Source: an uncultured Candidatus Saccharibacteria bacterium (lineage in GTDB: Bacteria; Patescibacteriota; Minisyncoccia; Minisyncoccales; Minisyncoccaceae). From it: a stretch of DNA of 64,000 bases. The number at the start of each line of letters is the position of its first letter. Position 1 is the first letter of the stretch. Shown here piece by piece: positions 35,268-45,147 of the stretch. Where the stretch lies: contig OZ246399.1 in assembly GCA_965230985.1 (NCBI GenBank), positions 46,564-110,563 of the forward strand, read 5' to 3'. The notes under the pieces are model-generated. The model was not told the origin of the DNA and did not search any database. It was given only the letters and a program-made list of their open reading frames with translations. A program made the translations under genes and the position numbers.

Positions 35268-37977
35268 TAACTTTCGCTAAAGGTTTTTTAGTTTTCTTAT
35301 TAGATATTGTTTTTAAAAAAATATCATCTTTATCAGCATCTATTGAGATGGTATCTCCATCTTTTATCTCATCGGTTACAATCTTTAAAGCCATGGGATT
35401 TAAAATCAATTTCTGGATTATTCTTTTTAGGGGACGAGCTCCTAAATTAGGATCAAATCCTTGTCTCGCTAATGATTGCTTAGCTTTTTCAGAAACAATA
35501 ATTCTAATATCCTTTTTCCCTAATCTCTTTTGAACCTTATTTAACTCTAAATCAACAATTTGTTTGATTTCTTCTGCTCCTAAATAGTCGAAGATAACAA
35601 TTTCATCGACCCTGTTAATGAATTCGGGCTTGAATTTTTCCTTCAATGCTCCTTGAATTTTTTCTTTTAGCCCTTCTTTCTGGCTTAATTTTCCATTATC
35701 AATAAAACCCAAAGGAGCTTCTTTGGCAATAATATCAGAACCTATATTCGAAGTCATAATTAAGATAGTGTTCTTGAAAGAAACTACTCTTCCCTTAGAA
35801 TCGCTCAATCGTCCATCTTCTAAAACCTGAAGTAAAATATTAAAAACTTCGGGATGAGCTTTTTCAATTTCGTCTAAAAGAATAACACTATATGGCCTTC
35901 TTCTTACTTTTTCGGTTAATTGACCCCCCTCATCATAACCAACGTATCCTGGAGGACTACCAATCATTTTTGATACATCAAACTTTTCCATATATTCAGA
36001 CATATCAACTCTAATCATGGCATTCTCATCATTAAACAAGAACTCAGCTAGAGCTTTAGCAGTCTCTGTTTTTCCAACTCCTGTTGGGCCTAGAAACATA
36101 AAGGAACCTAGAGGCCTTGATTCTTCAGATATACCAGCCCTAGAACGCCTAATAGCATTAGAAACAGCCTTAATTGCCTCTTCTTGGTCAATAATTCTTT
36201 TGCCCAACTCTTTCTCCATATTCTCCAATTTAAAAGCTTCTGATTCCATCAGTCTAGTTACGGGAATTCCTGTCCAACGCGAAACAACTCGACTTATTTC
36301 TTCTGGCCCAATCTCTTGTTTTAAAATAGGATTCTGTTTTTGCAATCTAATTAGTTTATTCTCCTGTTTTTTTAATTTAGCAAATAAATCAGGCAAGGTC
36401 CCATATTTTATTTCCGCAACTTTTTGCAAATCACCTTCTTTTAATAGTTTCTCTAGTTGATATTTTTCCCTATCAATATTCTCTTTTAAACTTTTAATAT
36501 TAGACATGGTTTCTTTTTCGGTTTTCCATCTAACTGAGAAAGTATTAGCTTTTTCCGAAAGTTCGGCTAATTCACGACTAATAACTTTTTCTCTTCTCTC
36601 TATATGTTCTTTTTCTTTATTGTTAGCATTTAAAATTTCTTTCTTTAAAGCTTCTCTTTCAATTTCTAATTTCTGAATTTCTTTTCTTAAATCTTCTAAT
36701 TCAATCGGGTTAGATTCTATTTCTAATCTTAAGGCTGAAGCAGCCTCATCCATTAAATCAACTGCCTTGTCTGGTAAAAATCTATCAGTAATGTATCTGG
36801 CTGATAATTCGGCGGCAGCAATCAAAGCTGAATCTTTAATTTTTAATCCATGATGTAGTTCGTACTTCTCTTTGATTCCTCTTAATATGGAGATTGTGTC
36901 TTCAATGCTCGGCTCGGTAACAAAAATTGGTTGGAATCTTCTTTCCAATGCTGCATCACTCTCAATATATTTATGATATTCTTTAATTGTTGTCGCTCCA
37001 ATAGCTCTCAATTCTCCTCTTGATAACGCAGGCTTTAAAAGATTAGAAGCATCAACCGCACCTTCAGCTGAACCAGCTCCAACTAAAGTATGTAATTCGT
37101 CTATAAATAATAAATATTTTCCTTCTCCTTTCTTGATTTCTTTCAAAAGCATTTTGATTCTCTCTTCAAATTCACCTCTAAATCTTGTTCCAGCAATCAT
37201 TGCTCCTAAATCAAGACTAACTAATTCCTTATCTTTTAAACTTTCAGGAACATCTCCTCTAACTATTCTTTGAGCTAGACCCTCAACTATAGCAGTCTTT
37301 CCAACTCCTGGCTCTCCAATTAAAGCTGGATTATTTTTGGTTCGACGAGATAAAATCTGCATTAGTCTTCTAATTTCGTCATCTCTTCCAACCACAGGAT
37401 CAAGTTTTCCCTTTTTAGCTAAAGTAGTTAAATTTCTGGTATAATTTTCTAATATCTTATATCTAGCTTCAGGATTGGGAGTAGTAATTTTTTCGCCTCC
37501 CCTTATTTGTCCAAATACTTTTTGAGCAGAAAAATAGTCTAACTTTTCTTTTTGCTCTTCGCTGCCCAATGTCCTCAAATATGTAACTCTTTTCAAAATG
37601 TCTCCAGCAAGACTACTTGTATTTAAAAGTGATAAAAATAGATGCTCCAATGAAACAAAATCATCTCCCATGTTTATCGCTTCATCTTTTGCTCCATTTA
37701 AAACTCTGTCCATATCTTGAGTAAGATAAAACTGCCCTACTATTTTATTGTTTGTTATAGTCGGAATTTGGCCTAAAGCACTTCTTATCTTTTTCTGTAA
37801 ATCTTCAATATCAACATTTAGCTTGTTTAAAAGGGTAAAAACAATATTGTCATTGTCCGATAATATAGCAAAAAGTAAGTGCAAGGCATCAATATGCTGT
37901 TGCCCCATATCTCGGGCCAAATTTTGTGCTTGCATTACTATTTTTTGAGCTTTATTTGTAAAATTTATTCCTTCCAT
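35254..37977 (-). CDS. clpB: ATP-dependent chaperone ClpB
   Basis: Clp N domain, two AAA modules (GEPGVGKT and GPTGVGKT) and a long middle coiled coil. Confidence 0.95.
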   Translation of the reverse strand: MEGINFTNKAQKIVMQAQNLARDMGQQHIDALHLLFAILSDNDNIVFTLLNKLNVDIEDLQKKIRSALGQIPTITNNKIVGQFYLTQDMDRVLNGAKDEAINMGDDFVSLEHLFLSLLNTSSLAGDILKRVTYLRTLGSEEQKEKLDYFSAQKVFGQIRGGEKITTPNPEARYKILENYTRNLTTLAKKGKLDPVVGRDDEIRRLMQILSRRTKNNPALIGEPGVGKTAIVEGLAQRIVRGDVPESLKDKELVSLDLGAMIAGTRFRGEFEERIKMLLKEIKKGEGKYLLFIDELHTLVGAGSAEGAVDASNLLKPALSRGELRAIGATTIKEYHKYIESDAALERRFQPIFVTEPSIEDTISILRGIKEKYELHHGLKIKDSALIAAAELSARYITDRFLPDKAVDLMDEAASALRLEIESNPIELEDLRKEIQKLEIEREALKKEILNANNKEKEHIERREKVISRELAELSEKANTFSVRWKTEKETMSNIKSLKENIDREKYQLEKLLKEGDLQKVAEIKYGTLPDLFAKLKKQENKLIRLQKQNPILKQEIGPEEISRVVSRWTGIPVTRLMESEAFKLENMEKELGKRIIDQEEAIKAVSNAIRRSRAGISEESRPLGSFMFLGPTGVGKTETAKALAEFLFNDENAMIRVDMSEYMEKFDVSKMIGSPPGYVGYDEGGQLTEKVRRRPYSVILLDEIEKAHPEVFNILLQVLEDGRLSDSKGRVVSFKNTILIMTSNIGSDIIAKEAPLGFIDNGKLSQKEGLKEKIQGALKEKFKPEFINRVDEIVIFDYLGAEEIKQIVDLELNKVQKRLGKKDIRIIVSEKAKQSLARQGFDPNLGARPLKRIIQKLILNPMALKIVTDEIKDGDTISIDADKDDIFLKTISNKKTKKPLAKVNANK

Positions 37978-38078
37978 ATTTTTTAAAAATGATAAACTTT
38001 ATATATCAATCTTACCCCGAAAGTGATAAAAATGCAATAATAAAACCCGCAAAATCTTTTGTTTAAAAGAATGCGGAT

Positions 38079-38420
38079 TTACTTTAAAGTGATTGCTTTA
38101 ATGGTGATGATAAGCGCTAATCCACAGACTGTCTCGTTGATAAAAATATCCCTATGATCAACTTCTTTAAATGCAAGATAAATCCTACGGAAGATGCCTA
38201 TCTTTTCAACTTCGACTAAAGCTTCTTGATAAGAATAATCTCCTATCTCAACCGAAGCTTTAACCAAAATTTGTTCCACCTCTTCGTCCTTGTTTAATTT
38301 TTCATGAACTAAGTTGGCGATCTGTACATTATGCTCTCTTACGAAGGTTTGGAGTAAAATTCTTGCCACGTCCTCTTTTGCCTTCTTAAGATATGTATAT
38401 TTAGAATCACATGTGAACAT
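38079..38420 (-). CDS. Hypothetical protein (113 aa)
   Basis: ORF with an SD (GGAGG), a TTGACA promoter-like element upstream and a hairpin terminator downstream. Confidence 0.45.
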   Translation of the reverse strand: MFTCDSKYTYLKKAKEDVARILLQTFVREHNVQIANLVHEKLNKDEEVEQILVKASVEIGDYSYQEALVEVEKIGIFRRIYLAFKEVDHRDIFINETVCGLALIITIKAITLK

Positions 38421-38522
38421 AAAAATGCCTCCATAAATCTTACAACTGTTGTGTATTTTGTCAATAATTAATCAACAGTAAATAAAAACCCACCTATCTT
38501 GAATTTTTCTCAAAAAGATGGG

Positions 38523-38756
38523 TTATGAAACTGAAAGAACAGTATCTGAACAACTGTTCACAATGAACAGAAATTTCTTGATGGTATCTCCCTTTCCAAA
38601 GAGATGGATCCGAAGAACGCCTTGAGAAATATTTCTGCCTTCTTTTATCAGTTCCCTTTCTTTGACTCCTATAATGAAGTCATGCTTAATGGTAGTTGCT
38701 GCTCTGCTTAGGGCCTTTGCTGGCCTTAAGCTTTTCCTAACTAACACAGTTTCCAT
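38523..38756 (-). CDS. Hypothetical small basic protein (77 aa), probably leaderless
   Basis: I prefer the start METVLV at 38756, since the TATAAT ends 6 nt upstream. Confidence 0.45.
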   Translation of the reverse strand: METVLVRKSLRPAKALSRAATTIKHDFIIGVKERELIKEGRNISQGVLRIHLFGKGDTIKKFLFIVNSCSDTVLSVS

Positions 38757-38762
38757 AATTAT

Positions 38763-38790
38763 ATTATACAACATCTATATATTTTGTCAA
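38763..38790 (-). promoter_or_regulatory. Consensus promoter TTGACA-16-TATAAT
   Basis: -10 at 38763-38768 and -35 at 38785-38790 on the minus strand. Confidence 0.6.
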
Positions 38791-38816
38791 ACAAAATAAA
38801 AACAGGCTATATTTTG

Positions 38817-39536
38817 TTAATATAGCCTGTATGCACCATTAGGAATACAGATTTCAAATCTTGCTCCTTTTCCATATATCCCCTTTTCAGCGATTTCGAA
38901 TCCTGTCATTTTTAAAATTTGCTTCGCTAAAAATAAACCCATACCAGTATGCTTCCCAAACCCTTTTTTAAAAATTAAAGATTTTTGAGAATCAGGGATA
39001 CCCACGCCATTATCTTCATAGATAATGGTGATACCGGTGGAAGTTTTTTGCCAGTCAATATTGATTTCAGTTACTTCTTCTCCTCCATGTGCAACTGTAT
39101 TGTTGATCATGCTGTACATGACTAATTTGAAGGCAGGGATGCTGATGATGGATATGTTATCGTTGATGATATTAATTTTTATTTTTGAATGAAAAATACA
39201 TCTTTCAAAAATTTCCGACAAAGTCTGCTCTTGCATTTGGTAACCAGCCCTTTGGAGGCTAGACCATTCATTCAATAAGTTAGTCATTTCATCTAAAGAA
39301 GCAGACATCTTCTCAAGCATGTCCAACCTCTTTTGTTCATCTTTCGTCTCCTTAAGAAGATGGGTGTAAGAATTAATTACCAACTGGCAATTTATAATTT
39401 CATGCATGAATAATTGATGCATGAAATTCATATATCCTATCTCCTTATTCTTCTCATTAATGATGTTTTGGGGATTTTTAATTACCCCTACTAAATCATT
39501 AAGAATTTGCTTAAGAGCTTGCTTAATAACCATCAA
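38817..39536 (-). CDS. Soluble orphan histidine kinase (DHp plus HATPase_c only)
   Basis: H-box-like FMHEIINC, N box NNTVAHGG, G1 DNGVGI, G2 GKHTGMGLFL. No TM or sensor domain. An 11-bp hairpin terminator overlaps the stop. Confidence 0.75.
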   Translation of the reverse strand: MMVIKQALKQILNDLVGVIKNPQNIINEKNKEIGYMNFMHQLFMHEIINCQLVINSYTHLLKETKDEQKRLDMLEKMSASLDEMTNLLNEWSSLQRAGYQMQEQTLSEIFERCIFHSKIKINIINDNISIISIPAFKLVMYSMINNTVAHGGEEVTEINIDWQKTSTGITIIYEDNGVGIPDSQKSLIFKKGFGKHTGMGLFLAKQILKMTGFEIAEKGIYGKGARFEICIPNGAYRLY

Positions 39537-39650
39537 ATCATCCTTTAGACTGATAAACAGCCTAACTTAAAAAGACTAAATCGTCTTAAGTTAAGCTGTT
39601 AATCAATCTTAAATTGTTAATGTCCAAATCTTTTATATTTTATATAATAT

Positions 39651-40184
39651 TTAATTGATTTTGTCAACAAAAACTTTGAATTTATTAATTGCCTCTCTTC
39701 GCATAAAATTCCCTTCTTTTTCTTCAGAAGTTATTTCAGCAAAGGTTTGACTGTATCCTTCGGGCATAAAAATAGGATCCCAACCAAATCCATTTGTTCC
39801 TTTTGGCTCTTTGGCTATTTCCCCTCTTGTTTCCCCTTTAAATATTTTTAATTCTGCCCCATTAAAATATGCAATACAAGTAATGGCTATTGCTTTTCTG
39901 TTTTCTTTAATTAAAGAACAAATTTGTTTTAATGTTAATTTTTTTAAAAAAAATTTAACTAATGCTCCAGGCAAACCATTCAGTTCTTCAAAATATAATC
40001 CAGTATCTTCAACAAATACTGGTTCTTTTAATAATTCATAAGCTTGCTTTACTTTGTGAATCGCCACCTCTTCAACATCAACCGACTGAATCTCGTCCAA
40101 ATCTAAATCTGAATGGCTTAGTTTGATTTCTAAAATCGACTCAAACTCTTTAAGTTTTTGATGATTACCAGTTACGAAAATCAT
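39651..40184 (-). CDS. rdgB: Non-canonical purine NTP pyrophosphatase (RdgB/HAM1)
   Basis: FVTGNHQKLKEF start and a GFGWDPIF motif. Confidence 0.9.
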   Translation of the reverse strand: MIFVTGNHQKLKEFESILEIKLSHSDLDLDEIQSVDVEEVAIHKVKQAYELLKEPVFVEDTGLYFEELNGLPGALVKFFLKKLTLKQICSLIKENRKAIAITCIAYFNGAELKIFKGETRGEIAKEPKGTNGFGWDPIFMPEGYSQTFAEITSEEKEGNFMRREAINKFKVFVDKIN

Positions 40185-40339
40185 TATTTTTTGGTCACTA
40201 AATTATATGCAAAAAATATAAACAAACAAGATGAAGCTAGGATGATTGAAATTATTGCATTAAACATTGAAGAAACAAGAACAAAAAGGGCGGTTATCAC
40301 CAAGACCCCTTCCTCTGTTTTTGGATTTAGTTTATTCAT
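40184..40339 (-). CDS. Possible 51-aa membrane peptide translationally coupled to rdgB (TAATG overlap)
   Basis: My own translation gives MNKLNPKTEEGVLVITALFVLVSSMFNAIISIILASSCLFIFFAYNLVTKK. It is below the ORF-track length cutoff and has no clear SD. Confidence 0.3.
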   Translation of the reverse strand: MNKLNPKTEEGVLVITALFVLVSSMFNAIISIILASSCLFIFFAYNLVTKK

Positions 40340-40451
40340 TAATAATATTATATATTAATTGAGGATAAAAAGCTAGAAAATTTCGGTTTAATTCTACAAG
40401 ATGATATAATTTTTAATAAATTACATCGAAAACATTAAAGATATTTGGACA

Positions 40452-41258
40452 TCACCATACTTGTTGATCAGAAACACTAACATCATCTATGTACCAAGCA
40501 GTTTCGGCATCAGAATCCGATGAAAATCTTAATGTTTGCAAACCATCAAAAGAAGAAGTGTCTATATCTATCCGAGAATATTCTAAAACTTCATAAGAAG
40601 ACGACCATGCTTCCGTTCCTCCAATCAAAATTGATCTAAATCCAAAAGGAGCAAGTTCCCAGAATGTTAAAGTGTTTACATTAGTAAAGTCAATAGTCTG
40701 TTCAATATATGTTGTTGCTGTCCCATCAGTATATACATATGCAAAATATGAACCAGAACGAGCATACTCAGAGTCAGAATAAATACCTGCATCGCTATAT
40801 GTTGTCCATCCAACATTTCCCAACTCAAATCCTCCATTGATTAAAATTTCACTTCCTCCTCCTGTTTCACTCGCAAACCCAGTTGTAGAATTATAAGAAT
40901 AAATCGTTGAATCGGATAAAGTAGAACTAATGGTAAAATCAGTTCCGTCTGAGGCGTAAGTATAGTAGCCAGAGACAGGATCAACTGGAAAATTAGGAAT
41001 GATTGAAGTAATAACAGTGCAAGGAGTAGTTCCTCCACCAATAGTACACACATCTTCCTCGACTGGATATAATCCGTCTACACTTTGAATTTTGTAATAG
41101 ATAACTGCTCTTCTTATCGTATCAATATCCGTTCTTCTCCTAGCATCATTAGCAGAATTAATTGCTCCATTTACACTAACGATAATTATGCCAGAAAGAA
41201 TTCCAATGATAGCAATGACGACTAACACTTCAATCAAAGTAAAACCTTTTTTGTTCAT
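40452..41258 (-). CDS. Type IV pilin-like protein with a C-terminal jelly-roll (carbohydrate-binding-like) domain
   Basis: Prepilin leader and methylation motif KKGFTLIEVLVVIAIIGIL. The C-terminus has a NGGFELGNVGW motif typical of CBM-like domains. Confidence 0.8.
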   Translation of the reverse strand: MNKKGFTLIEVLVVIAIIGILSGIIIVSVNGAINSANDARRRTDIDTIRRAVIYYKIQSVDGLYPVEEDVCTIGGGTTPCTVITSIIPNFPVDPVSGYYTYASDGTDFTISSTLSDSTIYSYNSTTGFASETGGGSEILINGGFELGNVGWTTYSDAGIYSDSEYARSGSYFAYVYTDGTATTYIEQTIDFTNVNTLTFWELAPFGFRSILIGGTEAWSSSYEVLEYSRIDIDTSSFDGLQTLRFSSDSDAETAWYIDDVSVSDQQVW

Positions 41259-41320
41259 TGTTTTAATTTATTATTTTTATTTAATATATTTTAACAAACA
41301 AAAAGAAAAAAGAAAAGACT

Positions 41321-41355
41321 AGGAGTGATGGAACGACACTAGAATTTGTTTGAGG
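41321..41355 (-). repeat. tRNA 3'-half-like remnant, copy A (degenerate)
   Basis: AGGAGTGATGGAACGACACTAGAATTTGTTTGAGG aligns with copies B and C. Confidence 0.45.
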
Positions 41356-41385
41356 TTAAATTAAACATACTTGACGAATTTACCA

Positions 41386-41414
41386 TTGTCAAGATCGTTA
41401 ATTTGTGTTAGAAT
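41386..41414 (+). promoter_or_regulatory. Promoter TTGTCA-17-TAGAAT, with the palindrome CTTGAC-N12-GTCAAG at 41370-41393
   Basis: Hexamers read on the plus strand, 40 nt upstream of the glycosyltransferase ATG. Confidence 0.5.
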
Positions 41415-41453
41415 ATAGAAAAATAATGACCATTTGGTCTTTTTAAAATACTA

Positions 41454-42599
41454 ATGAAAGTTGCTATAAATATTACTAGAGAGCCATTGGGCGGAATAAC
41501 TTCTGTTAATTTAAATCTTTTAAACTATCTCCACGGATCAAATATATCTTTCTTGGGTATAGAGTTAAATGCTTTCAGAAAATTTAAATCACCGAAAGTA
41601 TATAGGCATTTATCTCCTAATTGGTTCGACCATCAAATTATTAGTATTTGCGATTTTTCAATAAATGAAATAACAAAAAACGCCAATTCTCTTAAAGATG
41701 TTGAAGAAAAATTTAAATCAATAATAGAAATAGTAAGAGATATTTTAAGAAAAGAAAAACCTGATATTTTTTTAATAAATGGAACGTATTATATTCCATG
41801 GATACTATCAATAGCGGCTCGCAAAGAAGGAATTCCGATTATTTTGTGGTACGCAGGAGTTCTTGCAAAAGAGACTGCTCATTTTAAGCAAAACCAAAGA
41901 AATATTTTCTTGGAAATGGAAAAAAATATTATTAAAAATTCTTCTTCAATAATTTTTCCTTCTCAAATATGTAAAGACCTGGTTTTAAACGAAATATCGA
42001 ATTTTAAAAAAGTAAAGGATGGATGCGTTATTCCTAATCCAATATCGCCCGTTTTTACTAAAGAAAAAAAACAAAGCAAATCACGAACAAATAAAATAGT
42101 TTTTATTGGTAGAGATGCTCCTATTAAAAATATAGAAGCCTTCATTTCTCTTCATTTATTATTAAAACGAAAAGGATGGAAGCATGAGGCTACGATAGTA
42201 AATGGAAAAGAATATAAAGCCATTAAAAATATGCCTAGCGATATAAAGATAGTCCCAATGATGTCTAATGGAGAAATGAGTTCTTTTTATCAAAAACAAG
42301 GGTTAGTAATAAGCCCATCCCATTTTGAAACATTTGGCAATGTTCCAGTTGAAACAGCTTGTACGGGAACCCCCGTATTGGTAAATAAAAATATGGGCTG
42401 CTCGGAAGTATTTTATCGGGCAGGATTAGAAGAAATGGTTGTAGATTTTGATGATTTAGAATTGGTGGCCAACAAAACCATTAATTTTTGTGGTAAAAAA
42501 TTAGAATCTTCAAAGGTAAAAAATCTTAAAAATTTAGTAGATTGTGAAAATGTTTCCCAAAAAATAATTAAAATCTTAAAAGATTTCTCTAAAAAATAG
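41454..42599 (+). CDS. Glycosyltransferase, GT4-like (GT-B fold)
   Basis: C-terminal E-x7-E region SHFETFGNVPVETACTGTPV. Confidence 0.75.
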   Translation: MKVAINITREPLGGITSVNLNLLNYLHGSNISFLGIELNAFRKFKSPKVYRHLSPNWFDHQIISICDFSINEITKNANSLKDVEEKFKSIIEIVRDILRKEKPDIFLINGTYYIPWILSIAARKEGIPIILWYAGVLAKETAHFKQNQRNIFLEMEKNIIKNSSSIIFPSQICKDLVLNEISNFKKVKDGCVIPNPISPVFTKEKKQSKSRTNKIVFIGRDAPIKNIEAFISLHLLLKRKGWKHEATIVNGKEYKAIKNMPSDIKIVPMMSNGEMSSFYQKQGLVISPSHFETFGNVPVETACTGTPVLVNKNMGCSEVFYRAGLEEMVVDFDDLELVANKTINFCGKKLESSKVKNLKNLVDCENVSQKIIKILKDFSKK

Positions 42600-42697
42600 T
42601 TTATTAATTTTGAAGTTACAGGGTGATTATTAAAAAATATTAAAACTTAATTGAAGTTAAATTATGTATAAAAAAAGACCTACACATTGGTAGGGTT

Positions 42698-43036
42698 TTA
42701 AAACTGTTGAAGTTCTGGTCTGTTCAACTCGCCATAACGGTCCCGAACAACACATTGTTTTTGAGGAATGACGCAAGTGCACATACACTTTGCTCCGTTG
42801 GCCGAGCAGTACTGGTCTCCCTTCTCAAAGGAGTAGAATTTGCATATCCCGAAGTCTAGGCCATGGTTAAGGTACAACTGGTAAACCAGCCACCTTGCAG
42901 GTAATGGACTCCAAAATATACTTTCTGGAAAGAGCTCCATTAATTTCTCAAATCGTTTCTCAAGATTCGAGCATTTCGCCAAAATCTCAATATATTTCTC
43001 TTCAATAATCGGAAGAGCTTCTTCTGGGGTCATCAA
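42698..43036 (-). CDS. Hypothetical Cys-rich protein (112 aa)
   Basis: CKFYSFEKGDQYCSANGAKCMCTCVIPQKQC. GC looks higher than in neighbouring genes. A 10-bp hairpin sits in its leader (43058-43084). Confidence 0.5.
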   Translation of the reverse strand: MMTPEEALPIIEEKYIEILAKCSNLEKRFEKLMELFPESIFWSPLPARWLVYQLYLNHGLDFGICKFYSFEKGDQYCSANGAKCMCTCVIPQKQCVVRDRYGELNRPELQQF

Positions 43037-43162
43037 AACAAACGCCTCTTTTTTGTTAATCCTGATTAGGGATTAACAAAATAATAACATATTACAATAT
43101 TAAGTCAATGACAAGAAATAATGAGACAAACTCTAAACCTTTTTAAAGAATATTTTTATAAA

Positions 43163-44248
43163 TTAAGGCTTAATTTTCTTTAATTGATCTAATGAATTTT
43201 TTATGAATTTTCCAAATTTACGATCTTTTCTTCTTTTTTCAATATCGGTCATTTCGTAATGCTCAGCTTCTTTTTTTAATTTAATATAATTTAGATATTT
43301 TTCTTCGTCTATTTTTTTTGTTCTGACAGCTTCTAAAACAGCACAGCCGGATTCTTGTGTGTGAGTACAGTCGGCGTATTTACAATCTTTGGCCAAAGCA
43401 ACGATTTTGTCAAAAATATTATCTATTCCGGTATTTGCTCCCGCGACTCCCACCTCTCTTGTTCCCGGATTATCAATGACAATCCCGCCATTTTCTAGAA
43501 AATACATTTCTCTAGTTGTGGTTGTATGCTTGCCCTTATGGGTTGAAGAACTTATTTCGTTTGTTTTAATTTTATTTTTTCCGATCAACTTATTTATTAA
43601 AGATGATTTTCCTATACCAGATGAACCCAAAAAACAATACGTCTTTCCTTTTTCTATGTAATACATTAATTCATCTAATCCTTGCTCAGAAATCGTACTG
43701 GTTGAAATAATATCTATATTATTAAATCTGTTTTTTATTTTATCTATTTTTTGATTTAATTCTGTTTCTAAAATTAAATCAATTTTATTTAGTATAATCA
43801 TCGGTTTAATTTTGCCCTCATTTGCCAAAACAAGATATCTCTCAAAGCGATTAAGATTATAATCCCTATCAACAGATTCAACAATGAAAGCTGTGTCAAT
43901 ATTAGTAGCAATGATTTGAATATCTTGCTTATTGCTATATTTTTTATAAAGTATGGTTTGTCTTGGTAGGATTTCATGAATAATTGCCATTTCTTTATCA
44001 GGCATAGTTACAGCTACCCAATCCCCAACCGCCGGATAATCTTCTCTTTTTGTAGCATTAAATATCTTTTTTCCGGTTACTCTTGCCAAATACTCACCAT
44101 TTATATCCTTTACTTTGTATGCTCCTTTATATTCAGAAATAACCCTAGCAATTGAATATTTTTCCAATTTTAAAAAATTTCTTTTCGATTCGAAAAAATC
44201 ATTATAGCCTAAATCTTCAAATTTCATTTTTATTGTCTCATTAGACAT
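43163..44248 (-). CDS. rsgA: Ribosome small-subunit-dependent GTPase A
   Basis: Circularly permuted GTPase motifs (NKIDL, GSSGIGKSSLIN) and a zinc knuckle CKYADCTHTQESGCAV. Confidence 0.9.
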   Translation of the reverse strand: MSNETIKMKFEDLGYNDFFESKRNFLKLEKYSIARVISEYKGAYKVKDINGEYLARVTGKKIFNATKREDYPAVGDWVAVTMPDKEMAIIHEILPRQTILYKKYSNKQDIQIIATNIDTAFIVESVDRDYNLNRFERYLVLANEGKIKPMIILNKIDLILETELNQKIDKIKNRFNNIDIISTSTISEQGLDELMYYIEKGKTYCFLGSSGIGKSSLINKLIGKNKIKTNEISSSTHKGKHTTTTREMYFLENGGIVIDNPGTREVGVAGANTGIDNIFDKIVALAKDCKYADCTHTQESGCAVLEAVRTKKIDEEKYLNYIKLKKEAEHYEMTDIEKRRKDRKFGKFIKNSLDQLKKIKP

Positions 44249-44349
44249 ACTTTTATTATACTTATAAAATTAGAAAGTACCAATAAAAAGCTCCAAAATC
44301 ATATCATGGTTACTTAAAAAGCCTTACAAAATAAGGATTCTTATACTGA

Positions 44350-44386
44350 CAGGGGCGATGGGACGAACTCGGAACCTTTTTGAGGG
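44350..44386 (-). repeat. tRNA 3'-half-like remnant, copy B
   Basis: CAGGGGCGATGGGACGAACTCGGAACCTTTTTGAGGG. On the minus strand it resembles a T-arm plus acceptor 3' strand, and a small hairpin with a T-run follows. Confidence 0.55.
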
Positions 44387-44452
44387 TAGCTATACATAAT
44401 ATTTGACTTTTATAATAAATATGTTATTCTATGGAAAGATATTAGTGGGGGC

Positions 44453-45004
44453 TTGAAGTTGAACTGCAGAGAATTTCTAGATGAATTTAGTTTCACAGAG
44501 TTTAGGCTAAGAATTCTCATATATCTTTGGGAAATAAGACCTAAAAGCTATGAGACAATTAGGGGGGTATCAATTCCCTACCTAAAGGTATCGCCGTTCC
44601 TTTTAAGGAAAAAGCTATTCCATTCAAAGTATTCAAGAGGATCGGTGTGGCTTCACAAACTTGATGGACCCTTAATGATATTCATTACTGGTCCAGATAA
44701 GTTTTGGAGATATACTATCTTCCATGAATATTGGGAAGGAAAATTACTCAGAGAGAAAAAGAGTAATGAGCAGATCTTTGAAACTGTATTTTCCAAAATA
44801 CGGTTAATAAGAGAAGCCCTAGATGCTCCCTCTCCAGAGTTCGTTTCTGAAGAAATAAAAAAAGCTGTCGAAGCAATGGTAAATAATTATCATCCGGCAG
44901 CTCATGTCGAAGCCATCTTCGAAGAGCTACTATTAGCTAAAGAAGAATTGGCCCCTGATGACTTTATTATTCTTCGGAAAAATATTATGGATCGTCTTAA
45001 GTAA
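44453..45004 (+). CDS. Hypothetical protein (183 aa), TTG start
   Basis: ORF preceded by GGGGG and followed by a clear terminator. No family recognised. Confidence 0.5.
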   Translation: MKLNCREFLDEFSFTEFRLRILIYLWEIRPKSYETIRGVSIPYLKVSPFLLRKKLFHSKYSRGSVWLHKLDGPLMIFITGPDKFWRYTIFHEYWEGKLLREKKSNEQIFETVFSKIRLIREALDAPSPEFVSEEIKKAVEAMVNNYHPAAHVEAIFEELLLAKEELAPDDFIILRKNIMDRLK

Positions 45005-45023
45005 AATTAAGACGACTTTTTTA
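44993..45023 (+). terminator. Intrinsic terminator (CGTCTTAA-GTAAAA-TTAAGACG plus T-run)
   Basis: 8-bp perfect stem that includes the stop codon, followed by TTTTTT. Confidence 0.75.
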
Positions 45024-45033
45024 TTTAGTAATT

Positions 45034-45064
45034 TGCAGGGGAGAAAGGATTCGAACCTTCAAAA
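45034..45064 (-). repeat. tRNA 3'-half-like remnant, copy D
   Basis: TGCAGGGGAGAAAGGATTCGAACCTTCAAAA. GGATTCGAACC is the exact complement of the T-loop consensus GGTTCGAATCC. I found no matching 5' half. Confidence 0.6.
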
Positions 45065-45147
45065 TATAACTAATTCTGAGCGGTGTAGTCGGGTTAAGTA
45101 CCCGAGGTTACAAGTGTTATAAGGGTATTTTAGCATGAATTTAGGTC

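Noticed and set aside
43058-43084. The 10-bp perfect hairpin TTGTTAATCC-TGATTAG-GGATTAACAA as the rsgA terminator.
   Set aside because: No T-tract follows it on the minus strand; it is followed there by AAAAAGAGG. It is more likely a leader structure next to the SD of the 42698-43036 gene, so I did not call it a terminator.
45034-45064. GGGG-N6-GGATTCGAAC elements (also at 44350 and 50037) as 5' ends of tmRNA (ssrA) on the plus strand.
   Set aside because: GGATTCGAACC is the exact complement of the tRNA T-loop consensus. I found no matching tRNA-like 3' end, tag reading frame or pseudoknot region within 300-400 nt downstream. That space is occupied by a plausible protein gene.
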